Positions 12,459-25,609 of a stretch of 64,000 bases of DNA are shown here, in pieces. Location: contig CM068754.1 in the NCBI GenBank assembly GCA_035084275.1, forward strand, positions 11,470,001 through 11,534,000. Direction: 5' to 3'. How positions within the stretch are numbered: the first letter of the stretch is position 1; each line of letters opens with the position of its first letter. This DNA is from Hydrolagus colliei (taxonomy: Eukaryota). Below the pieces are notes generated by a model, which had not been told where the DNA came from, did no database searches, and saw only the letters and a list, made by a program, of their open reading frames with translations. The position numbers and the translations under genes were made by a program.

Positions 12459-14219
12459 ATAAAGTTATTCCAGTGTTCAGAACAATATGAATAAAATCGT
12501 GGGGCGAAACATAGGATAGGTAGAGACTTCCCCCAAGTTAGTTCACCTCAGATACAAACAACCATCATCACATACGTCTGAGCTAGATTCAAATCTACAT
12601 CCCAGACATGAAATAATAACACGTACAGCACCACCCAGCCTTCTTACATGTGAGTTTGAACCACTGAAACATATTGTTTCAAGTTAGTAACACTACATAG
12701 TGTCTAAACCATACCAGATAAAACATTGTCCACATTGCCCTTGAAGGTTGTGGCACATAGAGGTGCTGACAGAATATTTTACATTGAAAGATGAAAGCAT
12801 GAACCATCATTTAATGTGAGATGCTTCACTGTAAAAGATCACATTCCAGGCACTGTCATTTTCCACATACGATATAGAGAAATCGTGATTGCCCGACACA
12901 TTCTTTTTTGTATTTTGCTGGTGAAGATGACATTGTGGTTGGCAATGAACAACAATGGAGAATTTCATAATCTCGTAAAGCATTGATATTTATTTTATGA
13001 GCTGATGTAGGGTACATCAAAGTTACTATACAATACAGTTGTGGGATACTCCCCATGTAACTATAAAATCAGTCACCAAGCATTATAACTACTGTGAAGT
13101 GCCATGAGGCATTTCACTTTATCCACCCTATAAAAATGCTTTTTTTTAATAGAAGACCTTTGCTTCTTTCTATCTAACTTGCTTAATGTAATTACTGCTG
13201 ATTAAATCTCACTACGATGCTTAATCAAAGCATATTGTCTGATTTAACTGTAAAAGCTGGCCATTTGTTACTTTCAGTTGTGACAAGTATGGCTGAAAAT
13301 AAATTAAAATGGTAACCTCCTAAAGAAGGTTAAGATGTTATATTTGTATTACTGATAAAGAATAATCAATAAAAAGTATTTTTCAAGAAAATAACACACT
13401 TCAGGGTTAAAATGACTCGATAAACCATTTGTTTTATACTGATGTTTTCTGGCAGGCATTCGAGACTTTTGTTTTATTGCGACATTGTAATTGCAGGCTC
13501 TTTGTTTATCCCGCATGTGGCACATTTCAATGATCTTTTATTTATTTACTATGTAATTCATCTGAAGGGTTCTGAGAATATTATGAAACATAAAATGTCA
13601 ACAAAACCTTTTTTTTTGCATTAAACTTTACTAATTTTATATAATACAAAAGAACAGTAGATGTTGGAGTGGAAACTTGAGACCGTAGTATATTCTTTGA
13701 GTGTACGATGCCACAAAACTTAAGGAAGATAACTCAAATCTTTATATTCGCACACCGAATAGTGAGACCAGATTACAGCCCCCAAATTACTCCTTTTTTA
13801 TTTCTAATACATCCTGCATGCTAGTTGATGTCATTGAGTTTTTGAGGCGTAACATTTTTACAGCCTCTGTGTCTGCAAACTCTTTTTAGTTCCTAAATAA
13901 CAGTCAACGCCGATTTATTTCTGTTCAGTATGTTGTGGTTCTGGGGTGGACGGTTAAAAATATCCCTCCCTGTTAGTAACAGTGATAAAAAGAGGTTTGA
14001 CACAAGCAAGTGCTGACACATTTTGGCAAGTCCCAAACTAAAATGGATGAAGGTTAGGGATCCAGGTGGAGTGCCATCATGCCTTCAATTTTAATTCGTT
14101 TGAAAACCATAACAACTTTAATATCCAAGGCCTCTCCTTCATAGAGTACAGAACAAGTGAATATTCTTCATATGGGAGTCTGAACGATAACTGTCCGAAG
14201 GTGATTTGACTTGGTTCAT

Positions 14220-14450
14220 CAACACAGCCAAACCCTAATCCTCTCCCAAGTTCCACACAAATATATGTCCCAACAGTTAAGAGATCAGGAGCAGGAACTC
14301 TGGCTGACATTTCCCTTTCCTAGTCAGAAGCCCTGGCATCAATTGCAGTATAACTTTTGTTACAACTGGTGAATTTAGCTGAGATTAAATATAGGATCTT
14401 TGTGGTCTGTATGCCTGTGCAGCACACCACACATCAGTTTCCCACTAAGT
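14220..14450 (-). mobile_element. Old SINE-like repeat, second family (copies also at ~27190-27380 and ~31480-31730)
   Basis: Shared motif ATCAGGAG(C/T)AG(G/A)AAC(T/C)CTGGCTGA, followed by CAATTGCAG- and GCTGAGA-like blocks. Confidence 0.5.
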
Positions 14451-14719
14451 CAACTGGAAAGTTGGTATTGGTGTTTTAGGGTCTTATGCATTTCTATCGT
14501 GAACTGACACCACAAAGCAGGGCAGTATGATAGTTACAGAGAGAGAAAAACTCTACCTCCCTTCCAGCTTGGGTTCTCTCTCCATCTCTGTAAAGCACTT
14601 TGAGACATTCTCCCTACATGAAATACACATTGTGAGTGCAAACTGTGATTGTTAAAACATGAGTAGATAATGAAAACATACGGTTATTTCATCTGATCTA
14701 TAGGTATGTAGGAGGTGGG

Positions 14720-15060
14720 ATTTAAAATAAACATTGAGCAAGACAATCAATGAAAGACTGTTTTCTTCAGATCAGTGGATGTGGGGAACAGATTCCCCAG
14801 TAAATGCAATTGATGCTCCAACAGTTATATCCTTTATCTGGTTGAGAACACAATTTAAGGTTTGGGATTCTGTATAGACTACAGCACTAAATGACTCCCA
14901 TGCTGTTCACAGGCTGAGTTTAAGTATTGTGGAGTTTTGCTTGAGTTATTTTCGGTAGTCAAAGAGTAAGAATAGAGAAATGTTCCTCCAGAGAAACATT
15001 GAGTGAGATACAGCACATAGGAAGGAAGGAGCAGGACAGAATGGCTAGTTTTTCTTCATG
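14720..15060 (+). mobile_element. Highly decayed CR1 3' fragment
   Basis: FF-x-x-R-V-V-x-x-W-N-x-L-P-like remnant (GTGGATGTGGGGAACAGATTCCCC) and a GGACAGAATGGC tail. Confidence 0.4.
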
Positions 15061-15271
15061 AGTTTCCCATCTTTCTATCATTGGTTCAGGATTACATAAA
15101 ACTAATTGCTGCGGATAGAGCAAATTAAGGAAGAAAGGAAGATATTTAAACTAGATTTTTAAATATTTTTACAGAAATCCAGTTTGTATCGATGCCATCA
15201 TGCATGATGCAAGTAAAGTAACATCATTCATTGAAACAATAAGAAAGTGGATTTGTAAATTTAATATACAG

Positions 15272-15373
15272 TGTAAGGGTTGATTTAAATTCATGACCCT
15301 GAAGTGAAGTAAAGACTGACACAAATGTTGAACAAATAATATACATGTTTATTAATTCAGACTACTAATAGTT
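15272..15373 (-). mobile_element. ~100-bp fragment of the LTR at 17915-18603
   Basis: TGTAAGGGTTGATTT...GTGAAGTAA.GACTG...ATACATGTTTATTAATTCAGACTA.TAATAGTT is shared with 17915-18004. Confidence 0.75.
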
Positions 15374-15685
15374 TGTTTTATAACCCAATAGTTTTGGTTA
15401 TTAAATCCCCGCTTAAGCATTTTCTTTGTTTGAATACTTTTCCTTATGATCATTTTTAGCTAGCAGTGGCTGCTTCTTTTAGTTTCCATTTCTTCTCTTT
15501 TATTTGACTGTTCTCTTTGCAGTTCATCTATAAGATCACTAACTTTATCCTCTTCACTTTCTATCTCTTAATTCTGAAAAGATTAATCTACAAGGTTCAA
15601 TCAGAGTATCACGTGCTAGTGCCTCCTTGAAAAGCTCCATTTTGTTTAATACTTAAATTTGCTGCATGTCTTGAATATTATTAAT

Positions 15686-16865
15686 ATTCATGCCTTCATC
15701 ATGTACAGGCTAGATTACGCCAACACCCTGCTTATTGGCCTTTCCACCTCCTCCCTCCATAGGCTGCAGATCATCCAGAACTCTACAGCCCATGTCCTCT
15801 CATGCACCAAGCTCCGCGACCCTATTACCCCCATTCACGCCCAATCACTGGCTTGCCATCATTCAGGGAATTTGATTCAAGATCCTGGTCTTCACCCCTC
15901 CATGGCTTTGCTGCACGCTACCTCTGTGACCCAATCAAAACACCCTACCAAACTGTCCATTCCATCTGCTCAGCAGGCTCCGACCAGCTCCATGTCCCCC
16001 GACCCACCTATCCCACCATCAGAACATAAGAACATAAGAACATAAGAATTAGGAGCAGGAGTAGGCCATTCTGCCCTTCGAGCCTGCCCGCCATTCGATA
16101 AAATCATGGCTGATATTCTAATTACCTGCCCTATCCCCATATCCCCTAATCCCTCTAATTTATTTTAAAAATCCATCAGTCTCAGCCTTGAAAATGTTCA
16201 AGGACTGAGCATCTACAGCCTTCTGGGGTAGTAAATTCCATAAATTCACTACCCTCTTAGTGAAGAAATGTTTCCTCAACTCTGTTCTAAAAGGCTGACC
16301 CTTAATTTTAAGACTGTGACCCCTGGTTATAGATTCTCGTACCAGGGGAAACAGTCCCTCAGTGTCTACTTTATCTAGCCCTTTAAGAATCTTATATGTT
16401 TCAATAAGATCCCCCCTAATTCTTCTGTACTCTAGACAATACAGCCCTAGTTTATTCAACCTATCCTCATAGGTCAGTCCCCTCATCCCAGGAACTAACC
16501 GGGTGAATCTACGCTGCACCAGCTCTAAGGCAATTACTTCCTTTTTTAAATAAGGAGACCAAATCTGTACACAATACTCTAGGTGCGGTCTCAGCTGGTG
16601 AGACTGCACCTAGCTGCTGAGCCTTCAGCCACTCTGCCCCCAACCTTTGGAATTCCATCCCGCATTCCCGCCTCCTCCCTAACCTCCTTCAAGTCACGCC
16701 TCAAGACCCTTCTGTTTGACTACGCCATCGGTAACCACCCCTATTCCCCTCCCATCCCTCCACCATCCCCGATCCCGATCCCAGCTCGTCTGAAACACTG
16801 ACACTGCAGCGCCTTGCGACATCCTCCCAATGTGAAAGGTGCTGTGCAAATGTAATTTTGTTGTT
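15686..16865 (+). mobile_element. L2-type LINE 3' portion, interrupted by a CR1 insertion
   Basis: Encodes IHAFIMYRLDYANTLLIGL...LQIIQNS, a typical L2 ORF2 C-terminus. It resumes at ~16612 (GAGCCTTCAGCC) and ends GTGAAAGGTGCTGTGCAAATGTAATTTTGTTGTT. Confidence 0.88.
16021..16593 (-). mobile_element. 5'-truncated CR1 LINE, relatively young, nested in L2
   Basis: Open frame RPHLEYCVQIWSPYLKK...LELVQRRFTRLVPGMRGLTYEDRL...RGHSLKI...FFTKRVVNLWNLLP, the CR1 ORF2 C-terminus, with an (ATAAGAAC)n tail on the plus strand. Confidence 0.93.
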
Positions 16866-17914
16866 CTTATTGCTGCTTATTCACAACAACCTCAGAATTT
16901 AGTTCTTCAATAGTTTGTTAGACTAGTTTCACATCAGTGTCTTGGACAAGTTTTAAAACTACAGGAAGTTTTTATTCCTGAGATTCCTGTTTGCCTTCTC
17001 TTCCATAAGTCAGAGGGACAATTGATATTGATCCATCTTATACATCTGTGTCACTGCTTGTATTAGTGGAACTAATGTAACCTATCCTGCTAACTTTCCA
17101 CAATCATGTTTATGTTATGCGAAATCAACATTATTAATGGTTAACATTGTCATGCATTCACAATTTTTTTAAATCATACTCCCTTTTTTCATCTTGCATA
17201 AACATCTCCATAATCTATTCTTTTATTCACCAATAATGTTTAAATTGTTCAGAGTGTTCATCAAAATATATGGCCATTTGATTTCTAAATGTCCCACTTG
17301 AAATGGAATTCCATTTGATTCCACCTCATCGTGACAATTGCCTGCCAACCCATCTATAGTAATTAAGTATTTGTTTCAGATGCAAACTGCGAATTTTGTG
17401 GGTCTTTTTCATATATAAAAGTTTGAGAGGCACCAGTGTCCAATAAAAAATAGTTTACCATGGCTCCTATCACAACATTAATAGCTGTGTTCTGAAGTTT
17501 AAGTTCTCTCACTTTGACTTCTGCCTCTCTAGCCAGGGCATTCTGCAGTTCACATTATATTCTCTCACTTTGACTTCTACCTCAAACCTCTTTCTTCTCT
17601 CTCTTCCAAACACAGAGTTAATAAAGAGGAACAACTGGATGGAGCCCAGGAAGCCCTCCAAGATTAGTAAACCACCGAATGGGATCAGACAACATCTGAT
17701 AATATATCCATTTATATGGACATAATATTGGCTGGCTGATATAACTGCCAGATCTCAGCATAATTAACTCCACCCTACCAATATACACCAACAATCAATC
17801 TCCAACTCGCTAAACATAAGTTATCAAATTACACCAATACTTAATTTCCTAACCATATTAAGCATTTGTATTTATGCTACTTCAACACAACAGGATCCCT
17901 GCTCGAGCCCCAGT

Positions 17915-18603
17915 TGTAAGGGTTGATTTGAATTTGTGATCCTGTGGTGAAGTAAGGACTGTACAAAAAGTATACATGTTTATTAATTCAGACTAGTAAT
18001 AGTTATAAATAATTAAAAGAATACATCACAATAATACGTACGTATCGATGCACAGTTCACAAGTTGACCAAACCAAATGCTGCAGGAGAGGTAGAGTAGC
18101 AATGCTCAATTTAATGTTCATTTTAATCCAAATATAAATCCATCAAATGGCATCTAAATATTGTTGTACAATTTCTAGTTCAATATCCAAAAGTATCTAG
18201 GTACTGTATTTTCCAGTATCTGAAAATATCCACATGACACGTCCAAATTCTAAATTCACATACAATTCGATCTCTCTTCATCAATTCTTTCTTCTGTGTA
18301 TCAATTCTTTCTTCTAATTCTCTTCAGAATCAATCTCTGTATGTACAGGTTATCAACTGACCTTTCCCCTATTGTCTTTTGCAGGATGGTTCCTTTGTAA
18401 AAACAAATCTCTCTCCAGCTGCAGACCATTTTTCCGTGAGAAAATTACTGATAAGGACTGAAAATAGTTTGTATTTTTATCAACAGTCTTGGTGTTTCTT
18501 CAGCAAAGCTAGTCACATCATATGTGATTGATCATATGTCTCAAACATACGTCGTTAATAAAATTTTAGATATTATTCAACATACTAATCACAAAATCTT
18601 ACA
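17915..18603 (-). mobile_element. Probable solo LTR (689 bp)
   Basis: Inverted termini TGTAAG...CTTACA, near-perfect 5-bp target duplication CCAGT/ACAGT, AATAAA on the minus strand ~65 bp from the end, and a second partial copy at 15272. Confidence 0.7.
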
Positions 18604-21377
18604 ACAGTATATGAATGGCTTTACTTCACAAATGTATTATATTTTGTTCTATTTATGAGTCTCAATTATTACACTTTGAAAATATTTGCCCAAAACCGTT
18701 TTTGGATCTGAAATGAGAACCGAAATATTGTTGCTAGTTTCAGTTATTGCTCTTAAATTAACAATGAGGAGCTAAAACTAGAATAAATCTCCCATGTTCT
18801 CTGTTACAGCATTACAAATCTCAATGCACATTGTTCGACATACGTGGCCACATTCAATATTTATTCTTAGCACATTCATTTTATTACATTGTAACTTTGA
18901 GAGAACAAACCAGATGTTAAATGGGAACCAGTATGCCCTCATTATAGCCACAGGAATAAATAAAAGTGAATATTTATGACTCCCTATAGCTTGTCTGTAC
19001 TATGAATTCGTCCAGCTACCTGCTTTTATCGGTGAGAGTTGGGTGTGCAGTGACTTTGAAGGCCCCTTGTATCATGTCCTCTGTTTGATCTGCTCCATTG
19101 TTGGTGGACAAGGCAGTTGCCATTTTACCCCTGTTTTATGGAACTCCATCCCACAGTCCCTCTGTCTTGCCATTTTCCTTGGAGGCTTCAAAATGTTTCT
19201 TTAGAAAACTTTTCAACTACTCTTTTGGCCTCATGCCCCAACCACCCCACCCCACACCCCCTCAGCTGCATTAAGTCCATTTAATTTGAAAGATGCTATA
19301 TAAATAGAAATTCTTGTTATTGCTAAGACGTTTTTTTGCCACAAGCCTTTGTTTGGGAAGACAGACAGACCATTTCTGTTGCTACAACATAAAATCTGCT
19401 CCACATTTTTCTTCTCATCCTGTTCATGACTAACAAACAACAAGGAGGTATTCTATCCAGCAAACCGTCTGTTATTGCACAAGTTTGGCTAAAATCTTAT
19501 TTTCTGTTAGCCAAATTGCTGACTCAAAAGATCTAAGAATTAATAGCAGATGGTTGAGCAGAATCTACCATTGGATTGGCTGACCATCAGTCTCTAATTC
19601 TTGGTAATGACTGCTATTTTCTTGGAACCTGTTCAAAATTCTTGCACAACCATCATAAACTGCAAACAATAAATCCAACATCTCCACACAGACTCAATGT
19701 TTCTAAGTGTCGAGAGGAGCAACTCAAGAGCAAAACATGTTTCTTTAAATTAGAGTAATCGTAACATAATTTCGCTTGAACCTTGCCTTGCAGCATTACG
19801 CTTGAACCGATCTACAATAACTCTACACGGGCTTGGAACAGTGAGCAATTCCATGGCACTTCCCCTCCCAAGTTTCAATGTTAAGCTAACTCATACACTC
19901 ATCCTTCGAGACCTAATTGTTTCGGGTTTGACATTTCTCATTAACGATAATGAATCTGGTACTGTTCAGGAATTCAAACTAATGTTTTTTTTGCAACCAC
20001 CAAAGCCTTGTCCAAAAAGATGCCGTGGAAGTAACTGATCACTGATCCTACATGAAATATTGGTTGGTGGCACAAAAGCAGCGCGCGCACACACACACAC
20101 ACACAAAACCTTCCATTTGGCAGGTGAGAGCAACACTTCAGGATCGTGGAGGAACTGTCTTCAAAGCTCCTGTTGCATTGTATTCATTTTGCTTGATGGG
20201 GTGGAGAAAAAACATGCCGCAGTCAATACTGTATTTTGTTCTCTTTGGTCAATCAGCACCACTGGTGATGGAAATATTTTACACGGGAAATAGATACATT
20301 TTGATTATTTCAAAATGGTGACACGAATACACTCGTAGCTACAGAAAAATCTAATTGTAGTGCGTTTTAACACATTAGACTAATGCCACAAAAGCATAAT
20401 ACAAGACACTCAAAAGTAAATGCAGCTTGAAATGCGAGCATTACAATGTTCATAATTGGAGGCTAAGAGCTTTGTGCTTTCTTAATTAAATGGAAGCCTT
20501 GCGCTGCTTAACAATTTGAACCTGACCTTGGTGCCTTCAAAGTAACACAAAGATGGCTTTTAATTAAATTGCATCGCCGAATGGAATTCAAGCACTTTCT
20601 GTTTTGACGCAGCAGCTACAACTGTTCCAGCAGCCCAAGCAAGTCTTGCCCATTCAAACTGGTCATAAATCATTATGACTGGCAAAATATCTACCCAATA
20701 ATAACAACTTGCATTTATATATAAATGTTTACCATACCGTAACCTAGCTGATCAAACAATTGTGTTAACATACAAATCACTTAATGTCCAATTTTATTCA
20801 CTGATGCAGATACTATAACAATATTTACCTGATTGTCTATCTTCCATCACTTTCGATGACTATAAAAAGGACTGGAGAAAGGAAGCACCTGTATTTCATA
20901 GTACAGTACTGTACCTTAATTGATGGAAGCTTCTCATAGCCATTCACACACAATACTGGCAAGTGTAGTGACTGGTTTTTTTTTGGTGACATCAGAGTAA
21001 TCTTTCAATCCACTAATATTTCACAAAGGCTATATGGTGAACGGCCATTTAATCAGGGGAATTGTTGGCAAGAAGCGATCCAAAGTAAAATAGCAGAGAC
21101 AACATGTCTAATCTGAAGCCTTTAACGATCTTTAAAAACACACAATTTAAGTGTTCTGCAAAAGTATCACCACAGAGTGTGATTCTTCATTGGCTGCTAC
21201 ATCTACTCCCAAGGAGATTATTTTGTGCGCACACACTACACCCTGATTTTGAATGGGGGAAGAGAGAATAACCAGTTATTGCATTAAAAGGACTGTAGAT
21301 GTAATTGTTATAAATTGATAGTGGTGTCTGCAAAAGACAAGCTAATAAACTATGATGATTATGAACCCAAACAGAAT

Positions 21378-21648
21378 AGAATTCTGCAGCTCAGTGGTTA
21401 GCGCACTTGCCTTACAAGTGTGAGACCTGTATTCGAATCCAGGCAGGCGAAACATTGGGCAAGTTTCCTTACTCCACATGCCTAAGAATAATCCCTCAAA
21501 AGAACAGTAATAAAGTTGGTCATTTCAATCCACAACTGTTTGTGGGACACTGTTGTCCACTATTGGCTGCTGCATTTTGTCCACAAATATACAGTCAATT
21601 CACTTCACAGTAAATCAAATGCAAGGATCATTATTATAATTATTATAA
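21378..21648 (+). mobile_element. tRNA-derived SINE (main family) with deletion in the tail
   Basis: CTGCAGCTCAGTGGTTAGCGCAC...TTCGAATCC head, CTGTTTGTGGGACACTG body, ATCAAATGCAAGGATCATTATT end. Confidence 0.88.
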
Positions 21649-23084
21649 TGCAGTAACTTTCAGGTGTTAAAACATCTGAACAATTAACCTAAGACTGTAC
21701 AATATGACACTGGTATGCGGCAAAACAGCTACATTCAACACATGCCTCAACCAGCAATTAGAACAAACAGGATGAGGACATGCACAGTCTTCAGATTTTA
21801 CACCTGGGATTGAATTGCATAGTCAGCGTGAGGCTGGGTTACAGCTCTCGCTTCCCCAGGATTGTGGTTATAGCAGAACTATCATGGTCTTGCACTGTGA
21901 TCCGGTCAGGTCCACAGTTCTCCAAGGCACCATTGGTGACACATGAGCCAGCCTGGCTTGTTAGCAGGACTTGGGAGGGCGGAGTGATCAATGGGAGCAT
22001 GGATTCTTCCCACTTGGCTCCTGTTGATTCTGCAAGCCAAAGCTCTAATGGGTTGGGTGGTCTTTCCTGGAGAAGCAGTGGGAAGCTTGTCAGACAGAGC
22101 TCTCAATGACAAGCAATGTGGTTTCAACTGGTTGAACTCGTAACAGTACCCGTACGCACGCTCTGGGGACCCCATGCCTTGGCTATCACCCAATACTCTC
22201 AGGATCTACATAAGCAGTTAGTGTCCTTCCAGAAAGAGAGAGCATTCCATTCCAGACACGGGGATATTGCCAATGTGTAAGTGCTGTACTTCTATAAAAC
22301 TCTCAGTCTGATTTGGATATTGAGAAGCAATTCTTAAGATGGGCTTCTCTGCATGTATCAGCCGCTGCCTGATCAAAAAACAAATCATATGTTGAAACAT
22401 AACAAAGTTTCAAATGTAAGGAATTAAAAGTACTGTTTAAAAGCCTGGAAATCCCTTTCTCAAAATACCGACAAGCCCAGCTGATATATGTACTGTACTG
22501 TAATCACAACTGTATTATCCATTTATAACCACAGTATCTTCTAATATTGCCCCCGACTCTGCCACCCCCCACCAGACAGACCACTGGGAAACTTGCAAAT
22601 AATCATAAATAATTCAACCAAACTGTTTACTTTCTCTGGTATTAACTATTAGATTCATGATTTGCATACTTCAGTATTTTGGAGGTGTGCGCTTCTTAAC
22701 AATTACTTATGTTTCTACGAAACAAAAACGATTAACCCGTCTTTGACAACACTGGGCTGCGGCACATACAAGACTTGTTCAGAGACCCGGCAGCTGCAGT
22801 CAGATCCATCGAAATCCTGCCTCTGTATGTGGGGCAGCACACATCACAACAGATACAAGCTGTGACAGTGGCTCTTTACTCTCTGCCCGCTGTCAAGGAG
22901 TCAATCAACAAACATTAAACTGGTTAAAATTGAGGGTTGCGGGGATTAGTAATAAGCAGGGTCAGGCTTAGATTTATTTAGAGCCAGCAATAGGACAAAG
23001 GGCAACAGACTGGTCAGCGCTTCACACTTAGGTGTATATTGGAACCTTTCCACTGTATTTTGTGCTTGGCCCCAATCTTTGGCT

Positions 23085-23705
23085 CTCTGATGCCTTTATC
23101 ACCTCTCGGCTGGACTATTGCAATGCCTTCCCCTCACCGGTCTCCCCTCCACCACAATCCACAATCCAGCTCCAAAATCCATCTGATTCAAAACTCTGCC
23201 CTCCCGCCTGCATTCTCACCCGCACCGAACTTCGCTCCTCCATTACCCCAGTCCTTGCCAGGCTTCACTGGCTCCCTGTCCCTGAGAGGATCAACTTCAA
23301 GATCCTAACACTTGTTTTCAAATCCCTCCACTCCTCTGTAACCCCCTATCTCTCTGACCTCCTCTCTCCCCAAACCAGCACCCGCTGCCTTCGCTCCACC
23401 GGGTCTGGCCTCCTCCATGTCCCCTGAATCCTCCGCTCCACCCTCTACTGCCATGCCTTCAGCCACTACGCCCCGAGGCTCTGGAACTCCCTTCCTCACT
23501 CACTTTGCCTCACCCCCTCTCTTCCCAGTTTCAGATCACAGCTGAAGACCTTTCTCTTCGACCGCGCCTTTGGTCACCTTTCTACCCCTGCCCCTGGCTC
23601 GGTCCCGGGATCCGTTACTGTGAAGCAGTATTTTCTAATGTTCTTAAGCGCTTTGAGACGCTGTCCGGCGTGGAGGGCACTATATAAATGAAAGTTGTTG
23701 TTGTT
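23085..23705 (+). mobile_element. L2-type LINE 3' fragment
   Basis: Encodes AFITSRLDYCNA...ITPVLARLHWLPVPERINFKILTLVFKSLH, with tail GGGCACTATATAAATGAAA(GTT)n. Confidence 0.92.
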
Positions 23706-25609
23706 ACTAGAATTTTCCCAATGGAAAAATCTCACCTGAGAAAGAGCAGCAATCCTTCACCGGTTTTTGAAATTTTAATACATTGCAGTCAAAAGAGAAG
23801 GAAGGTAGGAAAGAGACTAAATAATAGACACACAACAGTTACTTGTGTATTTTTTTAAAATGTTACATGTGGCAAAACTTTTTTCCACTGTCAACATTAT
23901 TTCCTGTCTCTCCTTCCATGTTCTTCCTCAAGTGTCCGTGGATGGGTAGATGGGCGGTTCAAATGTAATTTGTTATTGTCGTTGTTGATTGATCCCTGCA
24001 GAATACACAACGTATCCTCCTCCCATCAAAGTGTCAATCTGCTCTAGCAGATTCAGGACAAAAAAAATTAGCAAACTCCTCAGGAAAGCCATGGGAGAAT
24101 TCATTGCCAACATTCAGTATCTCATTGTAAACATTTGTGGTGGATTTGGGCACACAACTGGATCTTACATTAACTGGCTGTTGTTTACTATAGTACGCAT
24201 TATTCATTGCTATCTTCTGTGCAGTCAACAGTGATAAAAATATTCATAGTTTCTGTGTTCATCTTACCCATGACTTAAACTCATCTTGCTCTTTAATTAC
24301 AATTGTCTAACCACTGAATAGCTTAATTGTGGTCTTCTTTCATTGGGATGGGCCGGTCCACTGGGATACAGTATAAGCTTTCCTCTCATTTTACACTCCG
24401 ACTGTGGAAATATATATAAACTGAACAGAAGATTGCATTTTGTCAAAAAGGAAATTTGAAACAGATGTATGTAGAGTTTGGAACAGAAAGAGAATGAAAT
24501 AATCTTTCATTAAAACTCCAGCACGATAGTGGGTGTGTTTTTTTCCTTTTGTTTCACATCGTTCCAGATGGAAGCCACAGTGGAACATATGATAGAATTT
24601 GGTTACTGTGTATCCCTGATGCACTTTATTTATCTGCAAGCCCAAGGGTTGAATAGCATTTGTAACAACATAAGTACAAGGTTTCGCCCAAAACCTTAAG
24701 CGCTTCTCCCACAAAACTACACAGTCAATTTACATTTACAATAAATTTTGTGAAGTGATTTGAGACATCTCAACAAGATGATCAGGCACTATAATCAAAT
24801 GCACGGATTATTACTATTGCTAAAACACTAGCCAGTTTCTCCTCTTTCAGATGCTGATTGTCCAACTGCAGATCTCCAGCATTTTGTTTTCATCCGTAAG
24901 TGCGTGTATTTAAAGATAATATACTAATCAGCAATACAGTTAGTCTGCGAAACTTCCACAACTAATGTAATCAAAATTTGAAATGCTACACCACGTAACG
25001 TTTTGTGCTCTCCACAATTTTTTTTCGAAACAGTAGTCAGACTTAGTTTAAAACTGTTTTAAGTGGTGCCTACCCACACAGCAAAAGCTGGCATCAAGAG
25101 AATTTCCCTCTGTCAGATTCAAATAGAATAGATTTCTGTAAAGAAATGTTGTTTTGAATGCTGTGGTGGAAACCCATGCTGATTTATCAAATGTCTTTGC
25201 ACCATTATTTTTGTTTCAGAGAGAGAGAGAGAGAGAGAGGGTATGATTTGCTCTCCACTGGATAGGTGCAGATCTCATTAGAGCTGATCTCCTCTGATGT
25301 CTATGACAGTCACAAGGCTTTGAGACCTTCAGGAGTGATACACCCAAACAACTAGATCCCGCAGCATAACCAGACACATTACAGCAAACCTCCTTCAAAT
25401 CAGGAATAATTTTTCCAAGTTTGTGTGGGATGTGAAGCGCTCAGTGTGTCATTTAAATTGCTCCACGTGCATTTTGCTGCAATTGATGATTGCGAAGATC
25501 TGTTCAAATATCTTTTGTCATTCCTTATCTGTTGTCTAGAAAGCTCAGCTTTGTTCCCAGACCCATATCCATCTCTCGGCTGTCACTTGTGCTTAAGAAT
25601 AGTTTACAA

